Source: Tubiluchus corallicola (lineage: Eukaryota; Animalia; Priapulida). From it: a stretch of DNA of 28,706 nt. Under the pieces are notes generated by a model that had not been told where the DNA came from, ran no database searches, and saw only the letters and a program-made list of their open reading frames with translations. Shown in pieces: positions 13,017 to 25,496 of the stretch (its first letter is position 1; the number at the start of each line of letters is the position of its first letter). The DNA lies in contig JAQGDQ010001701.1 of assembly GCA_030141605.1 (NCBI GenBank), positions 1-28,706 of the forward strand. The letters are read 5' to 3'. The position numbers and the translations under genes are program-made.

Positions 13017-13516
13017 TTAGTGTGTTATATAGTGTGTTATATAGTGCGTTATAGTGTGTTATATAGTGTTTTATATAGTGTGTTATATAGTGTGTTATAG
13101 TGTGTTATATAGTGTGTTATATAGTGTGTTATATAGTGTGTTATAGTGTGTTATATAGTGTGTTATAGTGTGTTATATAGTGTGTTATATAGTGTGTTAT
13201 AGTGTGTTATAGTGTGTGTTATATAGTGTGTTATATAGTGTGTTATAGTGTGTTATATAGTGTGTTATAGTGTGTTATATAGTGTGTTATATAGTGTGTG
13301 ATATAGTGTGTTATAGTGTGTTATATAGTGTGTTATAGTGTGTTATAGTGTGTTATATAGTGTGTTATAGTGTGTTATAGTGTGTTATAGTGTCTTATAG
13401 TGTGTTATATAGTGTGTTATATAGTGTGTTATAGTGTGTTATTGTGTGTTATAGTGTGTTATATAGTGTGTTATATAGTGTGTTATAGTGTGTTAAATAG
13501 TGTGTTATATAGTGTG
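13017..13516. repeat. 10/12-bp (TATAGTGTGT-type) microsatellite at inner end of left arm
   Basis: Mixed tagtgtgtta and tagtgtgttata units. Confidence 0.96.
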
Positions 13517-13822
13517 TCAATAATGTAGCATACTTTATGCAAATGTGTCAATAATGTAGCATACTTTATGTAAATGTGTCAATAATGTAGCAAACTTTAT
13601 GCAAATGTGTCAATAATGTAGCAAACTTTATGTAAATGTGTCAATAATGTAGCAAACTTTATGCAAATGTGTCAATAATGTAGCATACTTTATGCAAATG
13701 TGTCAATAATGTAGCAAACTTTATGCAAATGTGTCAATAATGTAGCATACTTTATGTAAATGTGTCAATAATGTAGCATACTTTATGTAAATGTGTCAAT
13801 AATGTAGCAAACGTTATGCAAA
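13512..13822. repeat. 31-bp minisatellite, ~10 copies (spacer-specific)
   Basis: Unit gtgtcaataatgtagca(t/a)actttatg(c/t)aaat. Confidence 0.95.
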
Positions 13823-14781
13823 GTGCAGACCACTGCAGGTTTCTATAGTGTGCACTCTAACCCTAACCCATATTGTGCACTCTGGTGACAGTCAAGCAGG
13901 CTCTAGAGCAGACGCAGTAGACTTATATGTTACCCTACGTTTGGTGATAATAACTCCTAATAAGCATTTTAAGAGTGACTTACATGTATTACTGTCAGTA
14001 TGTTATAGTGTGTCATAATGCTATTTTAATATACCCTATGTAAATTAAACATACACTGTGGTCGTTTCTTCTCCTCTTTTTCTTCTTCCTATCCCTAATC
14101 TTACTATTTTTTTCCATTCCATCATGTCTACTAACCCTAACCATTCTTTCATTCACTCATTTGTGCCATCTTAACAAGCCAAGCTTTCAAGGTGTCGTAC
14201 AGCAACTCTTTTATTTGGTTAATTTGACTTCATCAATGTTTTTTTACCTATACTGTTTCTTTTTGTTTCAATAATATCATATGTTGATGTATTGTATATA
14301 TGTATTGCTGGAGTGAAATAAATTTATTGATTGATTGATAGTGTGTAATAGTGCCTATTTACTAATTGCACATTATGGTACTAAACTGTTTTTAGCTTAG
14401 TTACACTACCTGCTTTAGTCATACACTACATGGAGATTATTATATAATGGAGATCAACTAGTATACTTTAAACACGCAGTTGTCATGACAACAACTGATT
14501 TGGTTTCTGCTTTAAACATTGCACATTGAGTTGTTAGCATTGCTTATGTGTGTCAGGTTCTACAGTTGTTACATAATGGATATCAGCTAGTATACTTTGA
14601 ACATGTTGTTGTTATGGCATATATTGTAATGGACACAGAATGATTTGATTTTCTATTTAAACATTGTGCATGGAGGCATTCTCATTATTTATACTTGTTA
14701 CATTCCTAAATTGTTAGTGGTATGTTAGCAGTTTTGCTGCATTCATTTTCAAGGTACATTTCCAGGTTATTTTTGTTACAG

Positions 14782-14947
14782 GTGGAACCGACAGTGAGAT
14801 GACCTCCAGCGACACCTCTCTTCTGGAAAAGACCGATGTCCATTCTCTTTCAAGGACGATCGATAGTCAAAAACCTGGACGGAAAGTTAGTCGATGCAGT
14901 AACCTCTTGGGATCATCCGGCAAGAAGAAGCGGAGACGTAGGCGGAG
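14782..14947 (+). CDS. TTLL6: TTLL6-like exon A (ATG at 14799; MTSSDTS...GKKKRRRRR)
   Basis: Acceptor ttttgttacag| and donor |gttgtg (phase 2, fits next exon). A basic tract precedes the TTL domain as in TTLL6/13. The true start codon is uncertain because the frame is open back to the acceptor. Confidence 0.75.
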
Positions 14948-17900
14948 GTTGTGGATTATAATTATATCTTTTATATATTCTAATTATTTAATAATTTTGA
15001 TTTGATTTTTCATTAAATCAAGGTATAAAAAAACTTTATTATTACATTGTAGCAAAAATTGAATTCAATTGTCATTTACTATTTACTATTATATTTATTT
15101 TATTAAAAATGTAATTTAATTGCATTGCACCCTACAATATATATATATATAACATATAGTAAAAATTTTGCAAGGCTATGCAATTCCACACTATAATTCT
15201 ATATGTGTTGCATATTTAAATTAAATGAGTAAAAAATATGTTACAATGTTTATATGTAAATTTAAATGTAAATGTGAATAAGCAAACTTATTATCTATTT
15301 TTCAGGGTGACGATTTGCTTAACAAATTGTAAATATGATGTAGGTAAGTTCTAGTTTTCGTAAGTACATCGTAGTTTCGTAGAATGCGCTTAACAAATTG
15401 TAAATATGATGTAGGTAAGTTCTAGTTTCATAAGTACATCGTAGTTTCGTAGAATGCGCTTAACAAATTGTAAATATGATGTAGGTAAGTTCTAGTTTTC
15501 GTAAGTACATCGTAGTTTAGTAGAATGAGCTTAGAAATTGAACATTACTTTTGTCCAGCTGTTGTCATCTTAGTTATGTGTTAACATGTGTAATAAGCTG
15601 GAGCAATATTTGCACTTCGAGTAACTATATTCTGCAGATTGAGACCCATCATTCACTAGACTAGCTGCATATTCTATAGACTGAGACCCATCATTCACTA
15701 GCTTAGCTGCATATTCTATAGACTGAGACCCTCATTCACTAGCTTAGCTGCATATTCTGTAGATTAAGACCCATCATTCACTAGACTAGCTTTATATTCT
15801 GTAGACTGAGACCCATCATTCGCTAGACTAGCTTTATATTCTGCAGACTGAGACCCATCATTCGCTAGACTAGCTTTATATTCTGCAGACTGAGACCCAT
15901 CATTCACTAGACTAGCTGCATATTCTGCAGACAGAGACCCATCATTCACGAGACTCTGCATATTCTGCAGATTGAGACCCATCATTCACGAGACTCTCTG
16001 CATATTCTGCAGATTGAGATCCATCATTCACTAGACTAGGTGCATATTCTCCAGATTGAGACCGTCATTCACTAGACTAGCTGCATATTATGCAGACTGA
16101 GATCCATCATTCACTAGACTAGCTGCACATTCTGCAGACTGGGACCCTCATTCACTAGACTAGCTGCATATTCTGCAGATTGAGACCCATCATTCACTAG
16201 ACTAGCTGCATATTCTGTAGACTGAGGCCCATCATTCACTAGACTAGCTTCATATTCTGTAGACAGTGACCCTCATTCACTAGACTAGCTGCACATTCTG
16301 CAGACTGGGACCCATCATTCACTAGACTAGCTGCATATTCTACAGACAGAGACCCTCATTCACTAGACTAGCTGCATATTCTGCAGACAGAGACCCTCAT
16401 TCACTAGACTAGCTGCATATTATGCAGACTGAGACCCATCATTCACTAGACTAGCTACATATTCTGCAGACTGAGACCCATCATTCACTAGACTAGCTTC
16501 ATATTCTCCAGATTGAGACCCATCATTCACTAGACTGGCTTCATGCTCTAACTTGTGGCGTTGCTTTGCAGTGCGTGAAATAGCCAAGAAGTACGACATG
16601 CGAATAGTGGACGAGATGGAAGACTGGTCACTGTACTGGACAGATTTTTCCGTGTCACTAGAGCGAGTTATGGAGATGAAGAATTATCAGGTAAATACAC
16701 TATAACACACTATAACACACAATAACACACGATAACACACTATAACACACTATATAACTCACTATAACACACTATAACACACAATAACACACGATAACAC
16801 ACTATAACACACTATATAACACACTATATAACACACTATAATACACTATAACACACTATAACACACTATAACACACTATATAACACACTATAACACACTA
16901 TAACACACTATATAACACACTATAACACACTATATCACACACTATATAACACACTATATAACACACTATAACACACTATATAACACACTATAACACACTA
17001 TATAACACACTATATAACACACACTATAACACACTATAACACACTATATAACACACTATATAACACACTATAACACACTATATCACACACTATATAACAC
17101 ACTATTTAACACACTATAACACACTATATAACACACTATATAACACACTATAACACACAATAACACACTATAACACACTATATAACACACTATATAACAC
17201 ACTATAAGACACTATAACACACTATAACACACTATAACACACTATATAACACACTATAACACACTATAACACACTATATAACACACTATAACACACTATA
17301 TCACACACTATATAACACACTATATAACACACTATAACACACTATATAACACACTATAACACACTATATAACACACTATATAACACACTATATAACACAC
17401 TATAACAACACACTATATAACACACTATAACACACTATATAACACACTATAACACACTATATAACACACTATATAACACACTATATAACACACTATAACA
17501 CACTATATAACACACTATATAAAACACTATATAACACACTATAACGCACTATATAACACACTATATAACACACTAAGGCAGTTTTTATTTAACACACACT
17601 CAACACCAACTTTTTTCATTTGCCCGCATGGTTAACATATTCAATACGAAAGTGACCACAACAAGGGTTACGAATGATACAACAATGGCATACGGAAGCT
17701 TTTTAAACTTAAATATGTCAGTTCATCTCAGATGCGTGCACATTATATCTCTTCCACAATTTATTCATATACGATGTCATTACAGTCTGTTTACCAGAAT
17801 TGTAAAACCTGGCAATACTCTGATGGCAAATATTCCTAATGACTCTGACGTGTCGTATACTTCAAATTTCTTTTGTTTGTGGGTGTTTTTCTTATTTGGT

Positions 17901-20900
17901 GTGGGTAACTTTTAATGGGTGGCTTGAGGGTGGCTGACCTCGATAACTTATAGTTTTTTCGCCACCCTTTCACCACTAATTAATAATTACTTTGTAATAA
18001 TATTGTATGTTGTATAGATATATAAATCTGTTAGTTATGTATTTTGCTATTTTAAAAATGGTGTAATTTTGCTATTATAAAAATTATAAATAGTTTTTAT
18101 TAAATAAAAAAATGCTTTATTTGTTGTTGCATGTAATTAGTACACATAGTATTATGTATCTTTGTGTATGTGTAGTAACTTATCTTTTTAGTACATTTAT
18201 ATTTAGTACATTTATGTTTTTATATGGCACTCTTAATGCTGAAATAAAAGAATTGAATTGAATTGATATGGCTCAATGTGGCTATGAACCCCTCCCACTT
18301 GCACGAAGCATGTGAATGGTACATTAGGTTGCAAATGCGTCTGCACCATTAAATACCAGTGCCTAATGTACAATTTGTTTCTTAAGAATTCTTGTGCCTT
18401 ACAGAAAGTGAATCATTTTCCCGGAATGAGCGAGATTTGCCGGAAAGACCTGCTATCCCGGAACATGAACCGGATGCTGAAACAGTTTCCGAAAGACTAC
18501 GCCATTTTTCCGCGAACGTGGTGTTTACCGGCTGAGTATGTTGACAAGGTTTAAAAGATACTAATGTCTTAATAGCGAATTGAATGTAATTGGTCATTAG
18601 TAAAATGGTCATGGATAAATTGGTCATTAGTAAAATGGTCATGGATAAATTGGTCATTAGTAAAATGGTTATGGTTAAATTGGTCATTAGTAAAATGGTC
18701 ATGGATAAATTGGTCATTAGTAAAATGGTCATGGATAAATTGGTCATTAGTAAAATGGTCATGGATAAATTGGTCATTAGTAAAATGGTCATGGATAAAT
18801 TGGTCATTAGTAAAATGGTTATGGATAAATTTGTCATTAGTAAAATGGCCATGGTTAAATTGGTCATTAGTAAAATGTTTACAACACGTACCTTTTGTTT
18901 ACTGTTGTGTCATAGACACTTTTAACTTGTGATTTAAAAACATTGTATGTCGTTATTGCCTTTGGGCTTAGACAAGCCATCTGATGTTTTAACTGTTATC
19001 ATTATGTCCATCATCAGGAGTATCATGTTTTATGAGACATGTTATCATTATGTCTATCATCAGGAGTATCATCATGTTTTATGAGAGAAAATTATTTGCA
19101 ATGAGAAACTTGTGGAACTAGCAATGGTGGTCTAACCTTTAAACAAATCTTTGAATAGTGAAATTACAAAAAAATGTTTTCTATTAGCCCGAGCTTTTTG
19201 CAAGAATGCTGATAGCTGATATGACAACCGTTTTGCAAAATTTTTGAATTATGCTTCTTTTTTGTGATCTTGTTTTTTGATTTTCTTGATCTTTGCTTAT
19301 ATCAATGTTGTTTGTAATCATTTTCAGTCCGTAGTTAACCTTTCTTATAAATGCATGAAATCAATCCTAAATTAGAAAGTGTAAAAAAATTATGTTTTTA
19401 TTGGGATTTGAACCTAAGACCTTCTGCTTTCTGAGTTTCTATGATACCCACACGGGTAACGACTTAGACTCGTATTCTGTAGTCTGTAGTGTTATTATGT
19501 AAATCTGATCTGGTACCGGAAGAAAGTAGAATTGATCGTAGTATTTGAGCGATATTTCTTGCATTTTGCACATCTCTAATGATCACTGCACTCATTTCAG
19601 CTCGGGTGATTTTCAGTCATACTGCCGGCGCAAGAAGAATAAAACGTTCATTTGTAAGCCGGATATGGGATGTCAAGGAAGGGGAATCTTCCTCACGAGG
19701 AATGCAAAGGAAATAAAACCGTTCGACGACTGCGTGTGCCAAGTTTACATATCAAAAGTGCGTCTCTTTTACATTTTGTTTAATGATCAACATCTATTCT
19801 AATATTATGGCCGAATCTCAGTATGCATGCTCATTAATAATGGAAATAATTTATTAGATTAATTAATTTACCAGACGGCTTAGTCTAGTGGTAATGCATT
19901 CGCTTTCCGTCTGGGAGGTCGTGAGTTCGAACCAGCGGCCGGGTCATACCAAAGACTTTAAAAATGGTACCTGCTGTTGCCCTGTCTGACTTGTGGTATT
20001 TAGGGTAAAAGTGGGGTAATAATAGTCTCTGTTATGTAGTCGTAGGTTGTTATTTACAGTCAGCGATAATAGCTCTTTGAGCTAATGTTAATTGTTGACC
20101 CAAAAGCCGACTTTAAATAAAGATTATTATTATTATTATTATTAAGACCTAATAATTTTTAATTACTTGGTCCACGTGCATTAATTAATTAATAATATGA
20201 CTAATAACTCTGAGAGGGTAACTGACCACGATCACTCATAGTTCTTTTGCCTCCCTTTCACTTCTCTGATCAATAATCACTTTTGCACTTTTTAATATTA
20301 TTGTATGTTGTTCAGACTTATAAATCAGTTTTCTATTTTACTATTATAAAAAAATGGTGATAAACTAGTAAAACTTACTTACCTACAGAAAAAAACGGTG
20401 TATGGCACGAATAAATTTCGTTCGATGTTGCACTAATAATGGCGGTTTAGTTTTCAGTGCAATTATTGTGGTAAATCTTATTTTGCGCTTTCCATCTAGG
20501 AGCTTTGAGTTGTTAATGGCAGGTTAAATTGCTGACTAACACACTATATAGGTCATAAGTCATTTATTTCACCTTACACATTTACAATAGTTTCATGTAC
20601 AATATCTAGTGAAAAGGCCTACAATGAACGTAATGCAAATAAGAAATACTGCACAGGAAAAGCCTCAAACACTGTTCACTTATATACGAAGGTAAATGTG
20701 TTGCGGGCAATCAAAAAGCAGGGCTTGTTCACTTATACACGAAGGTAAATGTGTTGCGGGCAATCAAAAAGCAGGGCTTGTTAGATTTTCCCACACAGTG
20801 ATAGAGAAAAAAGTAATGGAGATAATCTAAAAATTTAAAGTGAATCGCGATAAAAAAACATTAGTGCTTAAAATGGAATGATGTAATGAATGAAACTCAT

Positions 20901-23900
20901 ATATGGAATGATATAAAAGATAGAAAGACTATTATTTTTTAATAGTATGTAATATAAGGTTAGATAGAGAAACTTTCTGGCTTTCAAACCACGTATGACA
21001 CGAATAAATTCCGTTTGATGCTGCACTAATAATGGCGCCTTTCGTTTTTTGCTTCCATAAGACAAGGTAGTCAAGGTAAATGAAATGTGTTTTTGAAATG
21101 AGCAGGTCTTCTGTGTGGGAGAGAAATTCCTGCTTATCATATTATGAACTTTTATTATTCGTATTTATGGTTTGAGCACCAAGTTTATATAAAGGGAATT
21201 TATTGTTTGTTTTGATGCTTTATTCTTTTTCAATTGAAAACAAAATGTCTTTGCCTGATAAAGAACTGTCTGGGGTTTGTCTGTAGAATGTCATGCACAA
21301 GGTTGAACTGAACTGAATTTCACTTACCTGGAAGCGTGTAGACATAGCTGAGCATAGAGTACCCCTTTCACTTGTAGACCCTCCTTTCCGGTGGTTTTTC
21401 TAAACCTGAAATCACATTAACAACATCTTTGTCTTGTTCAACTTCGAACCAAAACAACCACACAGACTTGTTAAGACTGCACATCCTGTCCACACCACAC
21501 ACAACCACGCCACACTTTGAATTATCAGGAGAACGATGATTTGAGTTTCGGCTACCTTTCCCCTATCCTCAAAAACGGCCAGGCGTCTCCAGATGTACAG
21601 CTTCGCTAGAGGGGTAACGAAACAACAAACAGCTCTCCCTGGACGCCCACTCAAACCCATTCATTATGATCCAAAAAATTCACTGATTCTGGTGCCCCAA
21701 ATGCCTCTGATAAGCTCTCTTTTCCAATGCTAAGCAATATAGTACAAAATTCTACTTAATAAACCTTCAAAGCTTCGCTTAACACAGTCAGCCATTCCTG
21801 GAATTTTAACCCTTTCATACCCGTTTTATCCCGTGGGATACGAGAATATTTTCTGCCTTTAAAATTAATAAGATTTTAAAACTGACAGTTATTTGATCTG
21901 TTAATAGTTATTTTGATATAAGCCAATAACAATAGACTACAAATGGTGATAAAATGGCAAACTAGAAAATCTACGTAGCATAAAAAACTGCGCAAGGTAC
22001 AGTACTTTAGAAACGACTTTGTACAGATCAGCATAGCATGCATAACTAAATGTCTTAAATACTTTAAAAAATTATCAGCAGTTGCAAAATGAAGCACATT
22101 TTTTGCTTTTGTTGTGTTTTTAAAAAAGTCGGGACTGAAAGGGTTAAGCATAGTCCCCATAGTAGTAGGTAAACAGTTACGCTTTAAAACTAAAGTGTAA
22201 CTAAAAATATCTAACACTGTATGTATAATGCCTGCTTTCTGCCATCTATACCAAATTGTCTACTTTGCTTAATCTTCAAATAGATTTGTCAATGTTGTTC
22301 GCAAGAACAGCAAAATTCAGCTTGATCGGTAAAATTTTTAAACGTTGATTTGAAAGTTTTGTGACGTCTTTGAAAATGAATCGTTTCTATTTGTAGCCAT
22401 TCTTAATAGACGGGTATAAGTTTGATCTACGGATTTACGCCTTAGTGACCTCATGTGACCCGCTGCGTGTTTACGTGTACAAGGACGGTCTAGCCAGATT
22501 CGCAACTGTTCGTTACAGCGATCCTAATAATGTTAATGTGGTGAGTACCTGTAATATACCTGTGAGTACCTGTAATGTACCTGTGAGTACCTGTAGTAAA
22601 GAGAAGTTATGTGCTGAGTACCTGTAATAAAGAGAAGTTATCTGTCAATGTGGTGCGTACCTGTAATAAAGAATGTGGTGAGTACCTGTAATAAAGAGTG
22701 TGGTGAGTACCTGTAATGTACCTGTGAGAACCCGTAATAAAGAGTGTGGTGAGTACATGTAATGTACCTGTGAGTACCTGTAATAAAGAGTGTGGTGAGT
22801 ACCTGTAATGTACCTGTGAGAACCTGTAATAAAGAGCGTGGTGAGTACCTGTAATGTACCTGTGAGTACCTGTAATAAAGAGTGTGGTGAGTACCTGTAA
22901 TAAAGAGTGTGGTGAGTACCTGTAATGTACCTGTGAGAACCTGTAATAAAGAGTGTGGTGAGTACCTGTAATGTACCTGTGAGAATCTGTAATAAAGAGT
23001 GTGGTGAGTACCTGTAATGTACCTGTGAGAACCTGTAATAAAGAGTGTGGTGAGTACCTGTAATAAAGAGTGTGGTGAGTACCTGTAATGTACCTGTGAG
23101 AACCTGTAATAAAGAATGTGGTGAGTACCTGTAATGTACCTGTGAGTACCTGTAATAAAGAATGTGGTGAGTACCTGTAATAAAGAGAAGTTATGTGACG
23201 ATGTTCACTATTGGTGAGTACCTGTAATAAAGGGAAGTTATGTGAAGATGTTCACTATTGGTTATTTTATATTTTTTTGAAGTGGAAAAGTTACTTCTGC
23301 ATTTTCGCCCTATGTAGACAATTTGAACAATTGTGTTTTTTACATTTTCTAAGTGGTAAACAAGACAAGATTAGAATTGTTACTTAATGAATAAAAAATG
23401 ACAATTTAATGTATTTGAACTTTCCTTTATGTAATAATGGCTTTAATAGTTAAACACTTAGCTTACTTTGATATATAATTTTTTCAATTTAATGAATCAA
23501 ATTGTTATTTCGAATTGAAGCAAAATAAACATCTTAAATTGTCTAGTTTGGATCAATTGTTTATGTTGAATGTAACTTCAGATTTAAAAATTACAAAACT
23601 AAATCCCTCTTAATCTTTTCCCATATGTTTCTCCTACCTTCTACCTTGGAAAAAGCGTATAAATTAGGTTGCACTAAAAAAATTTAGGCCTTTTGTCTGA
23701 AAATTTAATTTGAGGTCTTCTTATTTTAGATCAGTCATTTGTTCTGTAGGTCAGTTATTTTCAGTCATTTGTTCTGTAGGTCAGTTATTTTCAGTCATTT
23801 GTTCTGTAGGTCAGTTATTTTCAGTCATTTGTTCTGTAGGTCAGTTATTTTCAGTCATTTGTTCTGTAGGTCAGTTATTTTCAGTCATTTGTTCTGTAGG

Positions 23901-25496
23901 TCAGTTATTTTCAGTCATTTGTTCTGTAGGTCAGTTATTTTCAGTCATTTGTTCTGTAGGTCAGTTATTTTCAGTCATTTGTTCTGTAGGTCAGTTATTT
24001 TCAGTCATTTGTTCTGTAGGTCAGTTATTTTCAGTCATTTGTTCTGTAGGTCAGTTATTTTCAGTCATTTGTTCTGTAGGTCAGTTATTTTCAGTCTTTT
24101 GTTCTGTAGGTCAGTTATTTTCAGTCATTTGTTTTGTTGGTCAGTTAGTTTCAGTCATTTGTTTTGTTGGTCAGTTAGTTTCAGTCATTTGTTTTGTTGG
24201 TCAGTTAGTTTCAGTCATTTGTTTTGTTGGTCAGTTATTTTCAGTCATTTGTTCTGTAGGTCAGTTATTTTCAGTCATTTGTTTTGTTGGTCAGTTAGTT
24301 TCAGTCATTTGTTCTGTGGGTCAGTTATTTTCAGTCATTTGTTCTGTAGGTCAGTTATTTTCAGTCATTTGTTTGTGGTCGTTATTCAGTCTTTGTTCTG
24401 TAGGTCAGTTATTTTCAGTCATTTGTTCTGTAGGTCAGTTATTTTCAGTCATTTGTTCTGTAGGTCAGTTATTTTCAGTCATTTGTTTTGTTAGTCAGTT
24501 ATTTTCAGTCATTTGTTCTGTAGGTCAGTTATTTTCAGTCATTTGTTTTGTTGGTCAGTTAGTTTCAGTCATTTGTTTTGTTGGTCAGTTAGTTTCAGTC
24601 ATTTGTTTTGTTGGTCAGTTAGTTTCAGTCATTTGTTTTGTTGGTCAGTTAGTTTCAGTCATTTGTTTTGTTGGTCAGTTAGTTTCAGTCATTTGTTTTG
24701 TTGGTCAGTTAGTTTCAGTCATTTGTTTTGTTGGTCAGTTAGTTTCAGTCATTTGTTTTGTTGGTCAGTTAGTTTCAGAAACATGGCGCTGTAGATTCTG
24801 TAACACAAATTGTTAATTATAAACAATTCCTTTTAGTGTGATCAGTTATATTGGCTGATAATAACCAGTAAAAGCATCAGCTATTAACGGAGCTAGTAAC
24901 TTCTACACAATCCCTTCATTGTTTATTAATTTTATATCTTTTTCTTCATTGTTCATTTTGTTTTTCTTGTTTTAGAATAATGTCTATATGCATTTAACCA
25001 ATTACTCAATAAACAAGCGCAGTGAAGGTTTCGTGCGCGACAACGACAGCGGCAGCAAGAGGTAAATTTTCTTGTTTTTGGCACTGTGTCTTTTGACCAT
25101 AGATGCATTTTTGCACTTGTATATTAATTGGGCGCAATGATTAATTATGTGATGTTGAAATACTCATTGTTTTTGTATTAAAATGATCATATTTTCAAAA
25201 ACATTGATAGTGTTGCACTTGTCACAATTTTCGAGAAGATTTCTGCTATTAAACTTGACAATTTTTTCAGAAAGATTTCCACTATCAACACGTGGTGGGA
25301 GCAACACGGCTACGACACCGATGCAATCTGGAACGACATCGACGACGTCATCATTAAGACTCTCTTGTCGGCTTTTCCCGCGCTGAAGCACAACTACCGA
25401 TCCTGCTTTCCGAATCACACCAGGGGGAGTGCTTGTTTTGAAATACTTGGCTTCGACGTATTGCTGGATCACAAGCTGAAGCCATTTTTGTTAGAG
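14782..25496 (+). CDS. TTLL6: Tubulin polyglutamylase, TTLL6/TTLL13 family; 8 exons, 3'-partial (spliced span)
   Basis: Manual splicing gives a continuous frame: [123 protein letters not shown]-..[36 protein letters not shown]. These are TTL-domain motifs matching my recollection of TTLL6/13. All introns are GT-AG with matching phases. Confidence 0.93.
15306..15343 (+). CDS. TTLL6: TTLL6-like exon B (38 nt; [12 protein letters not shown])
   Basis: Acceptor tttttcag| and donor |gtaagt; phases 2/1 join exons A and C in frame; resembles the INLxxCxYxxV motif. Confidence 0.88.
15317..15533 (+). repeat. 70-71 bp tandem triplication of exon B 3' part plus donor
   Basis: gcttaacaaattgtaaatatgatgtag|gtaagttctag... 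at 15317, 15388 and 15458. Confidence 0.95.
15627..16545. repeat. ~42-bp minisatellite, ~22 copies
   Basis: Unit gcatattctgcagactgagacccatcattcactagactagct; ends ~25 nt before the exon C acceptor. Confidence 0.95.
16572..16690 (+). CDS. TTLL6: TTLL6-like exon C ([40 protein letters not shown])
   Basis: Acceptor gctttgcag| and donor |gtaaat; conserved [19 protein letters not shown] motif. Confidence 0.93.
16696..17575. repeat. 10/12-bp (ACACACTATA-type) microsatellite at inner end of right arm
   Basis: Begins a few nt after the exon C donor; ~880 bp versus ~500 bp on the left. Confidence 0.96.
17628..18267 (+). mobile_element. Probable decayed 3' end of a CR1/L2-like LINE (mirror at ~12330-12965, minus strand)
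   Basis: Peptide [15 protein letters not shown] resembles the ORF2 C-terminal SFFxRxxxxWNxLP motif; followed by a GC hairpin (gagggtggc...gccaccctt), T-rich UTR and GAAATAAA plus (AATTG)n tail. A related hairpin occurs at ~8663-8710/20213-20260. Confidence 0.45.
18405..18535 (+). CDS. TTLL6: TTLL6-like exon D ([17 protein letters not shown]...FPRTWCLPA)
   Basis: Acceptor ccttacag| and donor |gtatgt; hallmark NHFPG motif. Confidence 0.95.
18587..18877. repeat. 30-bp minisatellite, ~9-10 copies (mirror of 11509-12008)
   Basis: Unit tggtcattagtaaaatggtcatggataaat. Confidence 0.96.
19601..19757 (+). CDS. TTLL6: TTLL6-like exon E (SGDFQSY...[14 protein letters not shown]...CQVYISK)
   Basis: Acceptor catttcag| and donor |gtgcgt; KP..GxGI and QxYI ATP-grasp motifs. 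Confidence 0.95.
19871..20143 (+). mobile_element. tRNA-derived SINE with (ATT)n tail, possibly MetaSINE-like core
   Basis: Pol III A box TAGTCTAGTGG (19881), B box GTTCGAACC (19925), then GGTCATACCAAAGACTTTAAAAATGGTAC, which resembles a conserved metazoan SINE core (from memory, unverified); AATAAA plus (ATT)7 tail. Confidence 0.8.
21810..22143. mobile_element. piggyBac-type MITE, right-arm copy
   Basis: TTAA|CCCTTTCATACCCG...CGGGACTGAAAGGG|TTAA. Confidence 0.8.
22397..22540 (+). CDS. TTLL6: TTLL6-like exon F ([24 protein letters not shown]...GLARFAT...NV)
   Basis: Acceptor atttgtag| and donor |gtgagt; 144 nt, phase 0/0; KFDLR motif. Confidence 0.95.
22537..23265. repeat. Compound ~25/17-bp minisatellite built from exon F donor site (TGTG|GTGAGTACCTGTAAT)
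   Basis: The first unit is the real exon/intron junction at 22540/22541. Confidence 0.92.
23729..24778. repeat. 30-bp minisatellite, ~35 copies (tcagtcatttgttctgtaggtcagttattt)
   Basis: Exact 30-nt periodicity; mirror of 3930-4985. Confidence 0.97.
24976..25061 (+). CDS. TTLL6: TTLL6-like exon G ([29 protein letters not shown])
   Basis: Acceptor gttttag| and donor |gtaaat; [10 protein letters not shown] motif. Confidence 0.95.
25271..25496 (+). CDS. TTLL6: TTLL6-like exon H (KISTINTWW...[21 protein letters not shown])
   Basis: Acceptor ttttttcag| and donor |gtgagt; FEILGFD and LLE motifs. The next exon should begin VNHSPS. Confidence 0.95.

Larger units (their letters stand above)
1..13516 (-). 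repeat. Left arm of ~12-13.5 kb inverted duplication (reverse complement of ~16696-28706)
   Basis: Mirrored ORF pairs (3238-3546/25164-25472, 10593-10850/19545-19802, 12042-12284/18312-18554) and collinear mirrored exons, satellites and TEs. The inner boundary falls in the (ACACTATA)-type microsatellite, so it is approximate. Confidence 0.97.

Noticed and set aside
19871-19945. tRNA gene
   Set aside because: A and B boxes are present but there is no clear acceptor stem, and the sequence continues into a SINE body and tail.
24361-24400. Aberrant shortened minisatellite units
   Set aside because: Several single-base deletions absent from the mirror arm; probably consensus error.
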